Shown: positions 1 to 11,170 of the stretch, in pieces
How the letters are laid out: every line of letters begins with the position of its first letter
Numbering within the stretch: position 1 is the stretch's first letter
DNA from: Bacteroidaceae bacterium
Lineage (GTDB): Bacteria; Bacteroidota; Bacteroidia; Bacteroidales; Barnesiellaceae_A
Direction of reading: 5' to 3'
DNA: 64,000 nt
Assembly: GCA_017481745.1 (NCBI GenBank)
Contig: JAFUOV010000012.1
Span: 28,181-92,180, forward strand
The notes under the pieces: model-generated
Database searches by the model: none
What the model was told of the DNA's origin: nothing
The model's input: the letters and a program-made list of their open reading frames with translations, nothing else
Position numbers and translations under genes: made by a program

Positions 1-822
1 TGCATCGCGGTGTCCGCCGTAGAGCGTGTAGCGACAAGTCATGTTGAGCTTGCTATTGCCGTATTGCCAACCTTCTACTGCCATGTCGACGATGGTGCGA
101 ATAGGACCGTATGCTACGATAGTGGCTCGTCGGTTGTCAACAGGATCGATGTGGATAGCTTTCTTGCCATTCCAGCCTTTCAGTGTTCCCACGCCGCAAC
201 TACCGCTTACGCGCAGTACGTCGTCGCCAAAACCTTGCGCCAACTGCTCGTCGTTGGGATACCAACCGCTTGGTGCTACTTCAAATCCCTTGTTAAACTT
301 GCCGTATATATCGACGGTCTGTTTGCGGTCGAAGTATATGCGATATGCTACCAGTTCGCTCTCGAAGGCAGGACCATGGTGATGCAGGTAGTTGTATAGG
401 TCGCCCGTTGGGGTTGCTATGGTGTTGATAGGTGCGTGAGGGCGTTTCTTGCTCTTGGTGGCAACCAACATGTCGGCATATACACGTGCCGGGTAACGAT
501 TGCTCTCTGCGGCAATGTCGCTTACAACGATGCGTGCCTCTATCTTGCCCTTTGCCGGCATATCAATCAGAAATGCAATTTCGTCGGCTTGTCTGTCGCC
601 GTCGAGGTCATCGACTTGCGAGGGTATCTCGGTGTCGGATATGTAGACCGTTGCCGATTGTATGTCGAAGCCGGCATCTACGTCGCTTGTTGCTATTACA
701 ACCGGTACATCACGACGTTGTATATTCATAGGGTTCTCTACTATAACACCTATCTCGTGTGTTGTGGCAAAGGCTGTCGCACAGCATAGCAGTGCCCATA
801 AAATTGTGGTTGCTTTTTTCAT
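1..822 (-). CDS. DUF4861-like secreted protein (N-terminal 274 codons; C-terminus runs off the left edge)
   Basis: This ORF is absent from the ORF track because it has no stop in the window. My reverse-strand translation from the ATG at 820-822 gives MKKATTILWALLCCATAFA (signal peptide) ... HGPAFESELVAYRIYFDRKQTVDIYGK ... GFGDDVLRVSGSCGVGTLKGW and stays open to position 1. It starts 4 nt after the GH28 stop, so it is probably co-transcribed. The family call is from remembered motif patterns only. Confidence 0.5.
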   Translation of the reverse strand, partial: MKKATTILWALLCCATAFATTHEIGVIVENPMNIQRRDVPVVIATSDVDAGFDIQSATVYISDTEIPSQVDDLDGDRQADEIAFLIDMPAKGKIEARIVVSDIAAESNRYPARVYADMLVATKSKKRPHAPINTIATPTGDLYNYLHHHGPAFESELVAYRIYFDRKQTVDIYGKFNKGFEVAPSGWYPNDEQLAQGFGDDVLRVSGSCGVGTLKGWNGKKAIHIDPVDNRRATIVAYGPIRTIVDMAVEGWQYGNSKLNMTCRYTLYGGHRDA

Positions 823-826
823 CGTG

Positions 827-2461
827 TTACTTGAATTTGATGGTTTTCGGGTTGGTAGTATCGTCTATCGTTGTGTTTTCGCGTTTGATGTCGGACGATA
901 CTATCTTTATATCGCTACACCCCGAGCCTATGGCTGCTTGTGCCGTTTGAGGTTTTGTGTGTAGTTCCTTTATCTCGATGTTGCTTGCACCTGTGAGGGT
1001 TATCACGTTGCCTTGTGCGGGCTCGACAGTCGTGTTTGTGATAGCAACATTGTCGGCTTGGTTGATGACGATACCGCTTTGGGCATTGATGATGGATACA
1101 TTGTCGATGTAGATGTTCTTTATCTTCATCTCGGGCAGACCATTGAAGTACATGGCTCTGCCTGCACCACGACAGATAATATCTTTGATGTGTATATCGC
1201 GGAATATCGGAGTCTCTTCGCTCACCGGCGGGATACTATCGGCTGTGGCTTTACCTTTTTTGCCGTAGAAGAGGTCGAAGAGTAGTGGCTCCTCGGGGAT
1301 ATTGGTCATAACAATGTCCTCGATATATATATTTTCTACCACACCGCCGCGACCGCGAGTACTCTTAAATCGCAACCCTACGTCGGTACCTATAAAGCTG
1401 CAATTACCGATAAAGATATTACGTGCACCGCCCGACATTTCGCTGCCTACTACAAATCCGCCATGACCATGCAGCACTGTATTGTTGCGTATGATGATAT
1501 TCTCGCAGGGAATGGCACGACGACGACCATCGGCATCCTTGCCCGACTTGATGCATATAGCATCGTCGCCGGCATCGAATGTACTGTTTATAACCAATAC
1601 GTTGCGACACGACTCTATATCGAGTGCATCACCGTTCTGGGCATACCATGGGTTGCTCACTTGTACGCCGTCGATGGTAAGATGGGTGCAAATGAGAGGG
1701 TGCAGACACCACGCAGGTGAGTTCTTGAATGTGGTGTTCTCGAGCAATACTGTATCGCAAGCAATGAAGTTGAGCAGAGTGGGTCGTAGCCAACGTTTGA
1801 TGCTTTCCCACTCGGCATCGGTGTCGATGTTGTCGGGGACGTTGAAGTCGTAGCAAGCCTCTGCACCGCGGCGCGACTCCTCCGACGGATACCATATATT
1901 TTTCTTCTCGTTGGTTATATTGGCTTTTTTCAGCAGAGCTTTCCATTGGTTGGAGGTAACCTTACTCTTTTTTACCGGTCGCCAATCTTCGCCACAACCG
2001 TCAAATGTGCCATGACCTGTTATGGCTATGTTGTGTGCATTGCGAGCGTATATAGGCGATTGGCATCGACGAGTGTCAAGACCCTCAAACGAAGTGTCTA
2101 TAATCTTGTAGGAATCGAGATTGCTTGTAAAGAGTATCAATGCGCCATACTCGGTGTGTAGCCGCACATTGCTCTTCAGTTCGATAGGACCGGTATACCA
2201 CAATCCGGCAGGGATAATCACCGTACCACCGCCCTTTGCCGAAACGTGTGTAATGGCATTGTTTATCGCATCGGTGCATAGCGTTGTGCCATCACTCACC
2301 GCACCATAGCTGGTAATGTTCACCTCATAGTCGGGAAACGATGGGCGGACAACCTGCGGCATATCAAAGGGTACGCCTTCATATGTATTGTTTAAATTTT
2401 CGGCCGGTGAAGCAGTTGCAACAGCAAGTAGCAATGCCCCTAAAACGAGTCGTGCTTTCAT
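827..2461 (-). CDS. Glycoside hydrolase family 28 (polygalacturonase/rhamnogalacturonase-like), secreted
   Basis: 544-aa ORF with an ATG start and a signal peptide (MKARLVLGALLLAVATA). It has parallel beta-helix GH28 motifs: NGDALDIESC, DAGDDAICIKSGKD, GHGGFVVGSE and RFKS. Confidence 0.85.
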   Translation of the reverse strand: MKARLVLGALLLAVATASPAENLNNTYEGVPFDMPQVVRPSFPDYEVNITSYGAVSDGTTLCTDAINNAITHVSAKGGGTVIIPAGLWYTGPIELKSNVRLHTEYGALILFTSNLDSYKIIDTSFEGLDTRRCQSPIYARNAHNIAITGHGTFDGCGEDWRPVKKSKVTSNQWKALLKKANITNEKKNIWYPSEESRRGAEACYDFNVPDNIDTDAEWESIKRWLRPTLLNFIACDTVLLENTTFKNSPAWCLHPLICTHLTIDGVQVSNPWYAQNGDALDIESCRNVLVINSTFDAGDDAICIKSGKDADGRRRAIPCENIIIRNNTVLHGHGGFVVGSEMSGGARNIFIGNCSFIGTDVGLRFKSTRGRGGVVENIYIEDIVMTNIPEEPLLFDLFYGKKGKATADSIPPVSEETPIFRDIHIKDIICRGAGRAMYFNGLPEMKIKNIYIDNVSIINAQSGIVINQADNVAITNTTVEPAQGNVITLTGASNIEIKELHTKPQTAQAAIGSGCSDIKIVSSDIKRENTTIDDTTNPKTIKFK

Positions 2462-2489
2462 GATTTTATGGTATTTATGTTATCCTTGA

Positions 2490-2497
2490 CAAATATA
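2490..2497 (-). promoter_or_regulatory. Bacteroidetes -7 promoter box (reverse complement tatatttg = TAnnTTTG) upstream of the GH28 gene
   Basis: caaatata on the plus strand lies 29 nt upstream of the ATG at 2461. A second box, caaagata, sits at 2565-2572. Confidence 0.4.
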
Positions 2498-2726
2498 GTG
2501 AAAGGTGTGAGATGATACATCGAACCTATTTGATTTAATTATCCCAACAGCCTCCTATCTTTTACAAAGATAATTATTTCCTGAAAACGGCTGCAAACTT
2601 TTGCCTACTTTGCAGAGGCTTTATCAAGATAATACAGCAATATATTAAAATTGAGAATGTTGGGTGTAAAACAAAAGCGCATGCCACTTTGTGGCACGCG
2701 CTTTGGGTATCTATTACAAGTGTATG

Positions 2727-4664
2727 TTATTGACGACCTTTTCCGTTGTGCTTGGCTTGTTGCTTGCGTTGTTCGCGGAGCATAGCCTCTTGTTGGCGTT
2801 GTGCTTCTTCAAGACGAGCCATGAAACCGCTTTTCTTGCGGGGCTTCTTGGCATTGGCTTCCAGCTCGGCAAGCACTTTCTTCTCGTCGACAAACTTGCG
2901 GAATGCCCATGTTTGGATAATGGTTATCAACAACGAGAGGAAGTAGTAGTAGCTAAGACCCGATGCGTAGTTGTTGAAGAATACCAAGAACATGAGGGGC
3001 ATCAAGTACATCATCCACTTCATACCGGGCATGGTTTCTTGTCCGCTTTGCGACATGGTAACCTTGGTATAGAGTATGTTGGTGATAGTCATCAACAAGC
3101 AGAAGAGGCTGATGTGGTTGCCAAAGTAGGGTGTGATAAGGGGGATGTAAGTATCCCATTCTACAATGGCATCGTATGACGAAAGGTCTTTAGCCCACAA
3201 GAAAGATTCTCCGCGCAACTCGATAGATGAGGGGAAGAACGAGAACATGGCTACGAGTATAGGCATTTGTAGCAACATGGGCAAGCAGCCTCCCATGGGA
3301 TTTACGCCGGCACGGCTGTAAAGTTCCATCATGGCGTTTTGCTTCTTCATGGCATCCTCGGGGTTGGGATACTTCTCGTTGAGGGCTTGTATTTGGGGTT
3401 GCAGCACACGCATACGAGCTTGCGACTTGTACGACTTGTATGTGAAGGGGAACAAGACAAGCTTGATGAAGACGGTGAGCAAGAATATGATAAGACCGTA
3501 ATTGCTGATAAACTTGCCGAGGAAGTCGAATACGTTGATAATAACCAAAGTATTAATCCAGCGGAAGATAGGCCAGCCCAAGGGTATTACCTTGTCGAGG
3601 TCGAGACGCTCATCTTTGTCAAGACCTTTGTCGTATGAACGGAACAACTTATAGTCGTTGGGTCCGAGGAAAATCGAGAATGTGCCTACGTTAGCCTCTT
3701 GGGGTGTATATTCCAATACGGTCTCAGTGTGGAAGTCTTTGAGGTAAACGGGGTCTTTGTCGAGCGACTCGGATGTGAAGTAAGCCTCAACGAAGTTGTT
3801 GTCGGCAATAAATGCTGTTGTGAAGAATTGGTCTTTGTAGCCAATCCATTTGAGGCTTGTCTTGGCGTGCTCTTTGTCGTCGCCTTGTTGCTTGAGGTTC
3901 TCAACATCGTCGCCGGTATACTTGTAGTATAGTGCGCTGTTGTTTTGCTCAAACATACGACCTTTCTCTTGGCGAGGCATCTTCAAGTCCCAATACATGT
4001 CGAGATTGACGGTATTCATAGGTATAACCTTTTCCATACCTTTTTGTGTAATTTCCATCTTCACGCGGTAGCTATCCTCGGGCAGTGTGTAGCGGATGTT
4101 CCATTGAGCACCGCCGGCAAGGTTGAGGGTCATATCAACAGTGCTGTCGGTAGCGCTGGGGGTGAAGTATAGGTTTTGGGTGTCGATGATGCGAGCACCG
4201 GCTTTGAAGATATAGCCATAACGGTTTTCATTGCCTTTAAACAATACTACGTCGGTTGTATCCTTGCCTGTGTAGTTTTTGTAGTCTTTGAGTGTTGCTT
4301 GTCGCAGATAACCACCTCGGCTCGAAAACTCGAGCGATAGTACGTTGTTCTCAAGTTTGATGGTCTCTTCTGTGCCTTCGCTTACAGGGGCAAAAGCTCC
4401 ATATTGAGCTATCAACTCGGCTTTGTGCAACGAGTCGGCAGTGAGGCTGTCTACGGCAACAGGCATCATAGCAGCTTGTGCAGCCGAGTCGGCTTGTTGT
4501 TGCCATGCTTGCATTTCCATCGCCTGAGCCAACTCTACGGCGGCAATGGAGTCGTTGTATCGTTGTTGTCTTTCGATTTCCTCGGTCGAGGGTTGTGTAA
4601 ACCAAGAGAAGCCGATGACAACGGCAATCATTAATACAAATCCTATAATGGTGTTTTTGTCCAT
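2727..4664 (-). CDS. yidC: Membrane protein insertase YidC (long Bacteroidetes form)
   Basis: 645 aa. It has an N-terminal TM (IIGFVLMIAVVIGFSWF), a large periplasmic domain, and the C-terminal 60-kDa insertase core (PLGWPIFRWIN...GCLPMLLQMPILVAMF) followed by a basic tail. Confidence 0.9.
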   Translation of the reverse strand: MDKNTIIGFVLMIAVVIGFSWFTQPSTEEIERQQRYNDSIAAVELAQAMEMQAWQQQADSAAQAAMMPVAVDSLTADSLHKAELIAQYGAFAPVSEGTEETIKLENNVLSLEFSSRGGYLRQATLKDYKNYTGKDTTDVVLFKGNENRYGYIFKAGARIIDTQNLYFTPSATDSTVDMTLNLAGGAQWNIRYTLPEDSYRVKMEITQKGMEKVIPMNTVNLDMYWDLKMPRQEKGRMFEQNNSALYYKYTGDDVENLKQQGDDKEHAKTSLKWIGYKDQFFTTAFIADNNFVEAYFTSESLDKDPVYLKDFHTETVLEYTPQEANVGTFSIFLGPNDYKLFRSYDKGLDKDERLDLDKVIPLGWPIFRWINTLVIINVFDFLGKFISNYGLIIFLLTVFIKLVLFPFTYKSYKSQARMRVLQPQIQALNEKYPNPEDAMKKQNAMMELYSRAGVNPMGGCLPMLLQMPILVAMFSFFPSSIELRGESFLWAKDLSSYDAIVEWDTYIPLITPYFGNHISLFCLLMTITNILYTKVTMSQSGQETMPGMKWMMYLMPLMFLVFFNNYASGLSYYYFLSLLITIIQTWAFRKFVDEKKVLAELEANAKKPRKKSGFMARLEEAQRQQEAMLREQRKQQAKHNGKGRQ

Positions 4665-4699
4665 ACTTTCTTTTATAGATGTTTTTTCTTATGCGTCTA

Positions 4700-6310
<1,611 letters not shown>

Positions 6311-6350
6311 TTAGTTATGTTGTTATGTTTTGTGTGAAAAAATACGTTTG

Positions 6351-6358
6351 CAAAAGTA
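6351..6358 (-). promoter_or_regulatory. -7 box (reverse complement tacttttg) for pyrG
   Basis: caaaagta on the plus strand lies about 55 nt upstream of the pyrG start. Confidence 0.35.
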
Positions 6359-6566
6359 AGAAAAATTATCGACATAGCGTATGCCGAATAGTCAATAAAT
6401 CAAAAAGAAGTATTGCTCATCGAACTTCTTGGCGAAAATCTCTATATCGCATTGCGATGTTGTGATGGAATGTATTGTAAAAACTTTTTTATATTGTTAA
6501 CGAAATATTTCGCATTACACTCTATTTATATTATCTTCGCAGCAGGAATTTATAAAAGCTTATAAA

Positions 6567-7877
6567 ATGAAACACAGTTTGCGCTTACTTTTTACAGTGA
6601 TATGTACGTTGAGTTTGGTATCTCCGTTGATGGCACAAGATGAAGTTGCTGTTGCCGACAGTGTTGCTGTTGCCGACTCGTTGTCTTTTATCTCACAGAT
6701 AGATGAGGTGTTGGAAGATGGTCTGCCGGACTATGATATAAGTGTGCTTTTCATGCCATTGGTGTTTGAGAAGCAAGAGACTTTCCCCTTGGATAAGTTG
6801 GCGCAAGCCGATACAATCATTGTACTATGTGGTGGTAGTGTCGATGCTGCTGCGTTGCCCGAGGCTACATGGTTGGTAAAAGCCAATCGTCAATCCAATC
6901 GTTTGCATGGCGCGCGCAACTATGTGATGGTAAATCGCCCCGACTTGGTGAAATACAATACCAATACCTTACCCAAAGCACCCGAGGGTTATATCTTGCA
7001 GAACGATCCCAGTAAGACGACTGTTGCAGTGGCGGGTGAGCCGGTTATTCCTAATGCCGATATAGAGAAGAAGGTGGTGAAGGTGAAACGTTGGAAAACA
7101 TCGTTTACAAGTGCTGTGCAGATGTCGCAAGCTTATGTGTCGGACAACTGGTATCAAGGCGGTACAAGCAGCCTCAACCTATTGAGCGATCAGCTGTTTA
7201 CAATAAGCTACAATGACCCTTCGGGTAAATTGTTGTTTGAGAACTTGGTGCAATGGAAATTCAATCTTACCTCGTCTGCCGAAGATACTGTGCACTCGGT
7301 GCGTGTGAGTGAGGATTTGTTCCAAATCAACTCTAAATTTGGTTACAAAGCTTTTGGCAAGTGGTACTATTCGGCTGCTTTGCTGTTCAAGACACAGATA
7401 CTTACCAACTATGCAGCCAACTCCAATGATATACAAGCCGAGTTTCTTTCGCCCGGTGAGTTGAATATTGGTCTTGGTTTGTCTTACTCGCATAGCTATG
7501 AGAAGCCTGTCAAATTGTCGCATACCCTTACGATAGCTCCTCTCTCTTACAACTTGCGTTTTGCCAAGAGTTTAGACCCGCTCCGTTTTGGTATTGAAAA
7601 TGGACGCACTCGTAACGAGGTCGGTTCGTCGGTCGACTATACCCTTACATGGGATCTTCGTTATAATATCCGTTGGATGAGCCACCTATATGCATTTACC
7701 AATTATGAGAATGTATTGCTCGAGTGGACCAACTCATTAGACTTTGCTTTCTCAAACTACTTCTCGGCTCGTGTATATGTCGATTTGCGATACGATAATA
7801 GCGTAGCTCCCGATCCTAAGTTGGGACACTTGCAAATCAAAGAACTCTTGAGTATAGGTTTCTCGTATAAGTTGTAG
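6567..7877 (+). CDS. Outer-membrane beta-barrel-like protein, DUF3078-like
   Basis: 436 aa with a signal peptide (LSLVSPLMAQ), a VSDNWYQGG motif, alternating beta-strand pattern and a terminal aromatic residue (GFSYKL). The family name is from memory. Confidence 0.5.
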   Translation: MKHSLRLLFTVICTLSLVSPLMAQDEVAVADSVAVADSLSFISQIDEVLEDGLPDYDISVLFMPLVFEKQETFPLDKLAQADTIIVLCGGSVDAAALPEATWLVKANRQSNRLHGARNYVMVNRPDLVKYNTNTLPKAPEGYILQNDPSKTTVAVAGEPVIPNADIEKKVVKVKRWKTSFTSAVQMSQAYVSDNWYQGGTSSLNLLSDQLFTISYNDPSGKLLFENLVQWKFNLTSSAEDTVHSVRVSEDLFQINSKFGYKAFGKWYYSAALLFKTQILTNYAANSNDIQAEFLSPGELNIGLGLSYSHSYEKPVKLSHTLTIAPLSYNLRFAKSLDPLRFGIENGRTRNEVGSSVDYTLTWDLRYNIRWMSHLYAFTNYENVLLEWTNSLDFAFSNYFSARVYVDLRYDNSVAPDPKLGHLQIKELLSIGFSYKL

Positions 7878-7879
7878 CA

Positions 7880-8446
7880 ATGAACAGCCGGTGTAGTTGC
7901 TTATTGTTGTTGGTGCTGATAGTACCGATATTGACTTGTTGCAACTCGTTCTATTCGCGCGGTTACGACCATGCAGCTGTCCATTACGAAGTGCCCGATA
8001 CACTCGATAAGGATGCCTTTATAGCCTATCTTGATACTGCCGCTGTTGATGACTGGGAGGGGCTGTGGCTACTGCTGGGTCCCGAGCAACATTGCTATCT
8101 GGCTATCGAGCGTATCAATAACTATTCGCATGGAGCTGTCTACACACATCGCATACGCTTGTGGGAGCCACATTACGTTGGGTGGGTGTATCGTGTTGAG
8201 CCGGGAGTGATTGTCGGCTATCTCGAGCAAGGGCTGTATGAGGGTGTAAAACGGGTTTCGCTGTACGAAGGATTTTTCTTTACCCGCCGTCGATATGACA
8301 CAGGTGTGCGCCTTGATGAAAGTAAGCGTTTTATGCTCTTTGATGGCTATACCAAGCGCAATGCCGATGCCTCGCAGGTGGGTATGAAACGCATATATCC
8401 TATACGCACGCCCGACGAGCGCGAGTATAAGGTGCGTTATCTGTAA
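7880..8446 (+). CDS. Hypothetical lipoprotein
   Basis: 188 aa with a lipobox-like N-terminus (LLLLVLIVPILTCCNS). It starts 3 nt after the upstream stop. I recognised no family. Confidence 0.5.
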   Translation: MNSRCSCLLLLVLIVPILTCCNSFYSRGYDHAAVHYEVPDTLDKDAFIAYLDTAAVDDWEGLWLLLGPEQHCYLAIERINNYSHGAVYTHRIRLWEPHYVGWVYRVEPGVIVGYLEQGLYEGVKRVSLYEGFFFTRRRYDTGVRLDESKRFMLFDGYTKRNADASQVGMKRIYPIRTPDEREYKVRYL

Positions 8447-8462
8447 TGAGGTGTGAGTGGGG

Positions 8463-8909
8463 TCAATCGAGCTTGCTGAATGTGTAGCGGTAGTCGTTGT
8501 ACTGCAAGACCATCTCGTTCCAATTTAGCTTTTCTACCACAAACAGCGGGGCTGTATCTTCAATGTGCAAAGACTCTAAAAATCTTAATAGCTGGGCTGT
8601 TTGGGCTTCGGTTGTAACCTCTTGCCCATAGTAATTGTATAAGTTGACTTTTATAGAGCCTTCTTGGTGAGTATACAACCCTGTTGCAGCTATTCTCTCG
8701 TATGTAAGGTAGTTTACTTTCTGTATCTGCATGACATCCGATTGAAAGGCAAAAAAGACGGTATCGCACTCCTCTACAACGTTGTCGTGGCAGATGTTTT
8801 CCAATCGCCATTGTCCAAACAAGTCGCCTATATAGCCATTATTCTGCAAGCAAGAACTTGTCATGCAAAGTATGATGATTGATGCAATAAAATATAAGGC
8901 TTGTTTCAT
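8463..8909 (-). CDS. Lipocalin-like domain lipoprotein
   Basis: 148 aa with a lipobox (ILCMTSSC) followed by GDLFGQWRLE, which is typical of Bacteroidetes lipocalin-like domains. Its ATG overlaps the upstream stop by 4 nt (ATGA). Confidence 0.5.
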   Translation of the reverse strand: MKQALYFIASIIILCMTSSCLQNNGYIGDLFGQWRLENICHDNVVEECDTVFFAFQSDVMQIQKVNYLTYERIAATGLYTHQEGSIKVNLYNYYGQEVTTEAQTAQLLRFLESLHIEDTAPLFVVEKLNWNEMVLQYNDYRYTFSKLD

Positions 8910-10459
8910 CGCTTATCTCCTTTCTTCTTGAAGTTAAAAAGAGTGCCGCTCTTCTTGACACTGAGGCTTATACCCACATTGTCGCCAATGAGATTGCCTG
9001 CATCTACTGCTACCGCACCGCAGAATTGCCATCCGGCAAGTTTCTGTGGTGCGTAAGTACATTCAATAAGCATTGAACCTTGGCGTTTATCTTCTTTTGC
9101 AGGGATAAATGGTGTGCCCCAAGCCTCGCGATACGATGCCATGATGCGGTATTGCCAGTTGGTGTTCATGTAGCCACGCAAGGCAATGTGTCCGCCGCGG
9201 ATGCGAGTGTTGAGGTAGCGCATATAGCCGTCGGTGTTATACATGATTGAGGGCGACATGGGTGTGCCTATGCCAAAGCCGGCTTGTTGCCAACCGTTGT
9301 AATAATAGTTGTTGTAGTAGTCGTCGCCGCCCGAGGTTTCGGTTGTAACCTGTGTGCCGGGGAAGTCGGTGGGCTGCCAAGGTATCGCACCGCTTTGGTT
9401 GTCAAGACCTATGTATTCGACGAGAATATCGGACACGATGCTACGTCGGTTGGTGTGGTAGGATATACCCCATAGCCCGTCAAATCCGTTCTGCTTGCCC
9501 ATGCCCGAGCCGTCTTCAAAGAGCCATTGCGTGTATACTCGCAGTTTCGATTGGTCTTTCAGCTTATATTCGGCAGCCATGTCGATAGCTCCCACGTGAT
9601 TGCCGTAGACAAAGAGTTGGTCGCCAACCGATGCAGTGTTGTCGCCACGACTTGGCAGGAATGCTTGCCAGAAGGCTTTCAGATTTACTTGTGGCTTGTA
9701 GCTTGCGGTGGCTACACCATCTTGATAGGTAGTGCGATTACCGCCAAACTGCACACCATCTTCTATACCGATTGTAAAGACGAAGCGTTGGTGGGGGTTG
9801 GTACGCAGATATAATGACTTGTAATGGTAAAACACATCGGTTGTGATAAACGACGAATAGTAGCCGTAATGGTTGCTCAAGTAGTCGTTACCCAAGAATT
9901 TTCCGTAGGCTATATCGCCCTTAATCTGCACCCAACCGCTTGTGAGGGGTATGTCGACAAACTTATGAAAGCCCACTTGTACCTGTGGCGAGGGGCGTGT
10001 ATTGCCCGAAAGGACAAGGTTGCCCGACGATAGGTCAAAGTTGGTAATAGGATTTTCGTCGGCTTTCTCGCGCATACCTACCGAGAGGAACACTGCACGA
10101 TACTTGATGTCGGCATATAGTTGTTGTATGCGGAATATTTGCGGGCGCACTTGCTTGGTGTTGAATGAGCCGTTTTCCCATTTTCGCACCGGCGATGTCG
10201 TTTCGTAATTGCCCATCAGCTCTATACCCGCGGCGTATGAAAACCGCTTGGTACTATCCATCTCGATGAATGCGCCGGCACGCAAGTATGCTCCACAACC
10301 ATTGGCTACAGTACCGTAGCGATTGGCGGTCATGTAGTATGGAGCGAAATCTCTCGGTGCTGCATGTGTAGCTATTTCGGCACTATACTTTACACCATCT
10401 TGTGCTGTTGCAGTGGTGAACGATAGTAGTGCGAGAAATAATAGTGCTATTTTCTTCAT
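8906..10459 (-). CDS. Large outer-membrane beta-barrel, capsule-assembly Wzi-like
   Basis: The ORF-track start at 10462 is TTG and the adjacent ATG is at 10457-10459. It has a signal peptide ending TATAQ, an N-terminal APYYMTANRYG...GAYLRAG pattern resembling Wzi family proteins, and is rich in Y/G/N beta strands. Confidence 0.45.
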   Translation of the reverse strand: MKKIALLFLALLSFTTATAQDGVKYSAEIATHAAPRDFAPYYMTANRYGTVANGCGAYLRAGAFIEMDSTKRFSYAAGIELMGNYETTSPVRKWENGSFNTKQVRPQIFRIQQLYADIKYRAVFLSVGMREKADENPITNFDLSSGNLVLSGNTRPSPQVQVGFHKFVDIPLTSGWVQIKGDIAYGKFLGNDYLSNHYGYYSSFITTDVFYHYKSLYLRTNPHQRFVFTIGIEDGVQFGGNRTTYQDGVATASYKPQVNLKAFWQAFLPSRGDNTASVGDQLFVYGNHVGAIDMAAEYKLKDQSKLRVYTQWLFEDGSGMGKQNGFDGLWGISYHTNRRSIVSDILVEYIGLDNQSGAIPWQPTDFPGTQVTTETSGGDDYYNNYYYNGWQQAGFGIGTPMSPSIMYNTDGYMRYLNTRIRGGHIALRGYMNTNWQYRIMASYREAWGTPFIPAKEDKRQGSMLIECTYAPQKLAGWQFCGAVAVDAGNLIGDNVGISLSVKKSGTLFNFKKKGDKR

Positions 10460-10527
10460 CAATTGGGTTGTGTGAGCGTTTGAAAAACGATCCTTCGTTG
10501 TTCTGTTTTAGACGTAGGGTCCCTCGG

Positions 10528-11154
10528 TTAGAACGAGAAACCGAGGTGGAAACCTACGTTGTTGATGCCGTTGATGTTGTATGAGAGCACTTGACTTTGG
10601 TTGGTAGCGTAGTTATAGTATGCAGCTATGTGTATACCAAAGCGTTTGTGAGCCGAGGGATATATCGTTACACCTACCTCGGGTTGTACGTTGAAGCCCC
10701 ATTGCTCGTCGTAGAAGTCGAGAACTTGAGTTGTTGACGAGGTGCTGGTATACATCGTACCCAACTTCAGCGTTGCATAAGGCTCGAACATAGAGTCTTC
10801 GACAAAACGGTATTTGAGCAGTGCACCAAAGGGAATTTGGAATACCGAGTGTATCTGGTCGGTGAATAGATGGCTTGAGGGGCTCAGCTCGAGTAATTGC
10901 TCGCCAATATGCTTGTCGGCAGTGTGGAACGATGCGTACAGACCGATTGCCAATTTGGGGGTTACATAGTATCCACCTTCAAAGTTCATACCCCAACCCG
11001 TAGGCGTGTCGGCATAGTCGTCGCCTACAATGGCGTTAAATTGCCAGTCGATGTTGAAGTACATGGGGCGATATATTTGTGCCGATGCCGTATTGGTATA
11101 GATGGCACTTGCCAATACAGCTACTATTGCTAATATAGAGAGTTTGCTTTTCAT
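10528..11154 (-). CDS. Small outer-membrane beta-barrel protein (OmpW/OMP_b-brl-like), paralog 1
   Basis: I chose the internal ATG (MKSKLSILAIVAVLASAIYTNTASAQ, a signal peptide). The protein ends in the aromatic GFHLGFSF. It is roughly 55% identical by eye to the product of 12096-12722. Confidence 0.6.
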   Translation of the reverse strand: MKSKLSILAIVAVLASAIYTNTASAQIYRPMYFNIDWQFNAIVGDDYADTPTGWGMNFEGGYYVTPKLAIGLYASFHTADKHIGEQLLELSPSSHLFTDQIHSVFQIPFGALLKYRFVEDSMFEPYATLKLGTMYTSTSSTTQVLDFYDEQWGFNVQPEVGVTIYPSAHKRFGIHIAAYYNYATNQSQVLSYNINGINNVGFHLGFSF

Positions 11155-11170
11155 TGTTATACTGCTTGAT

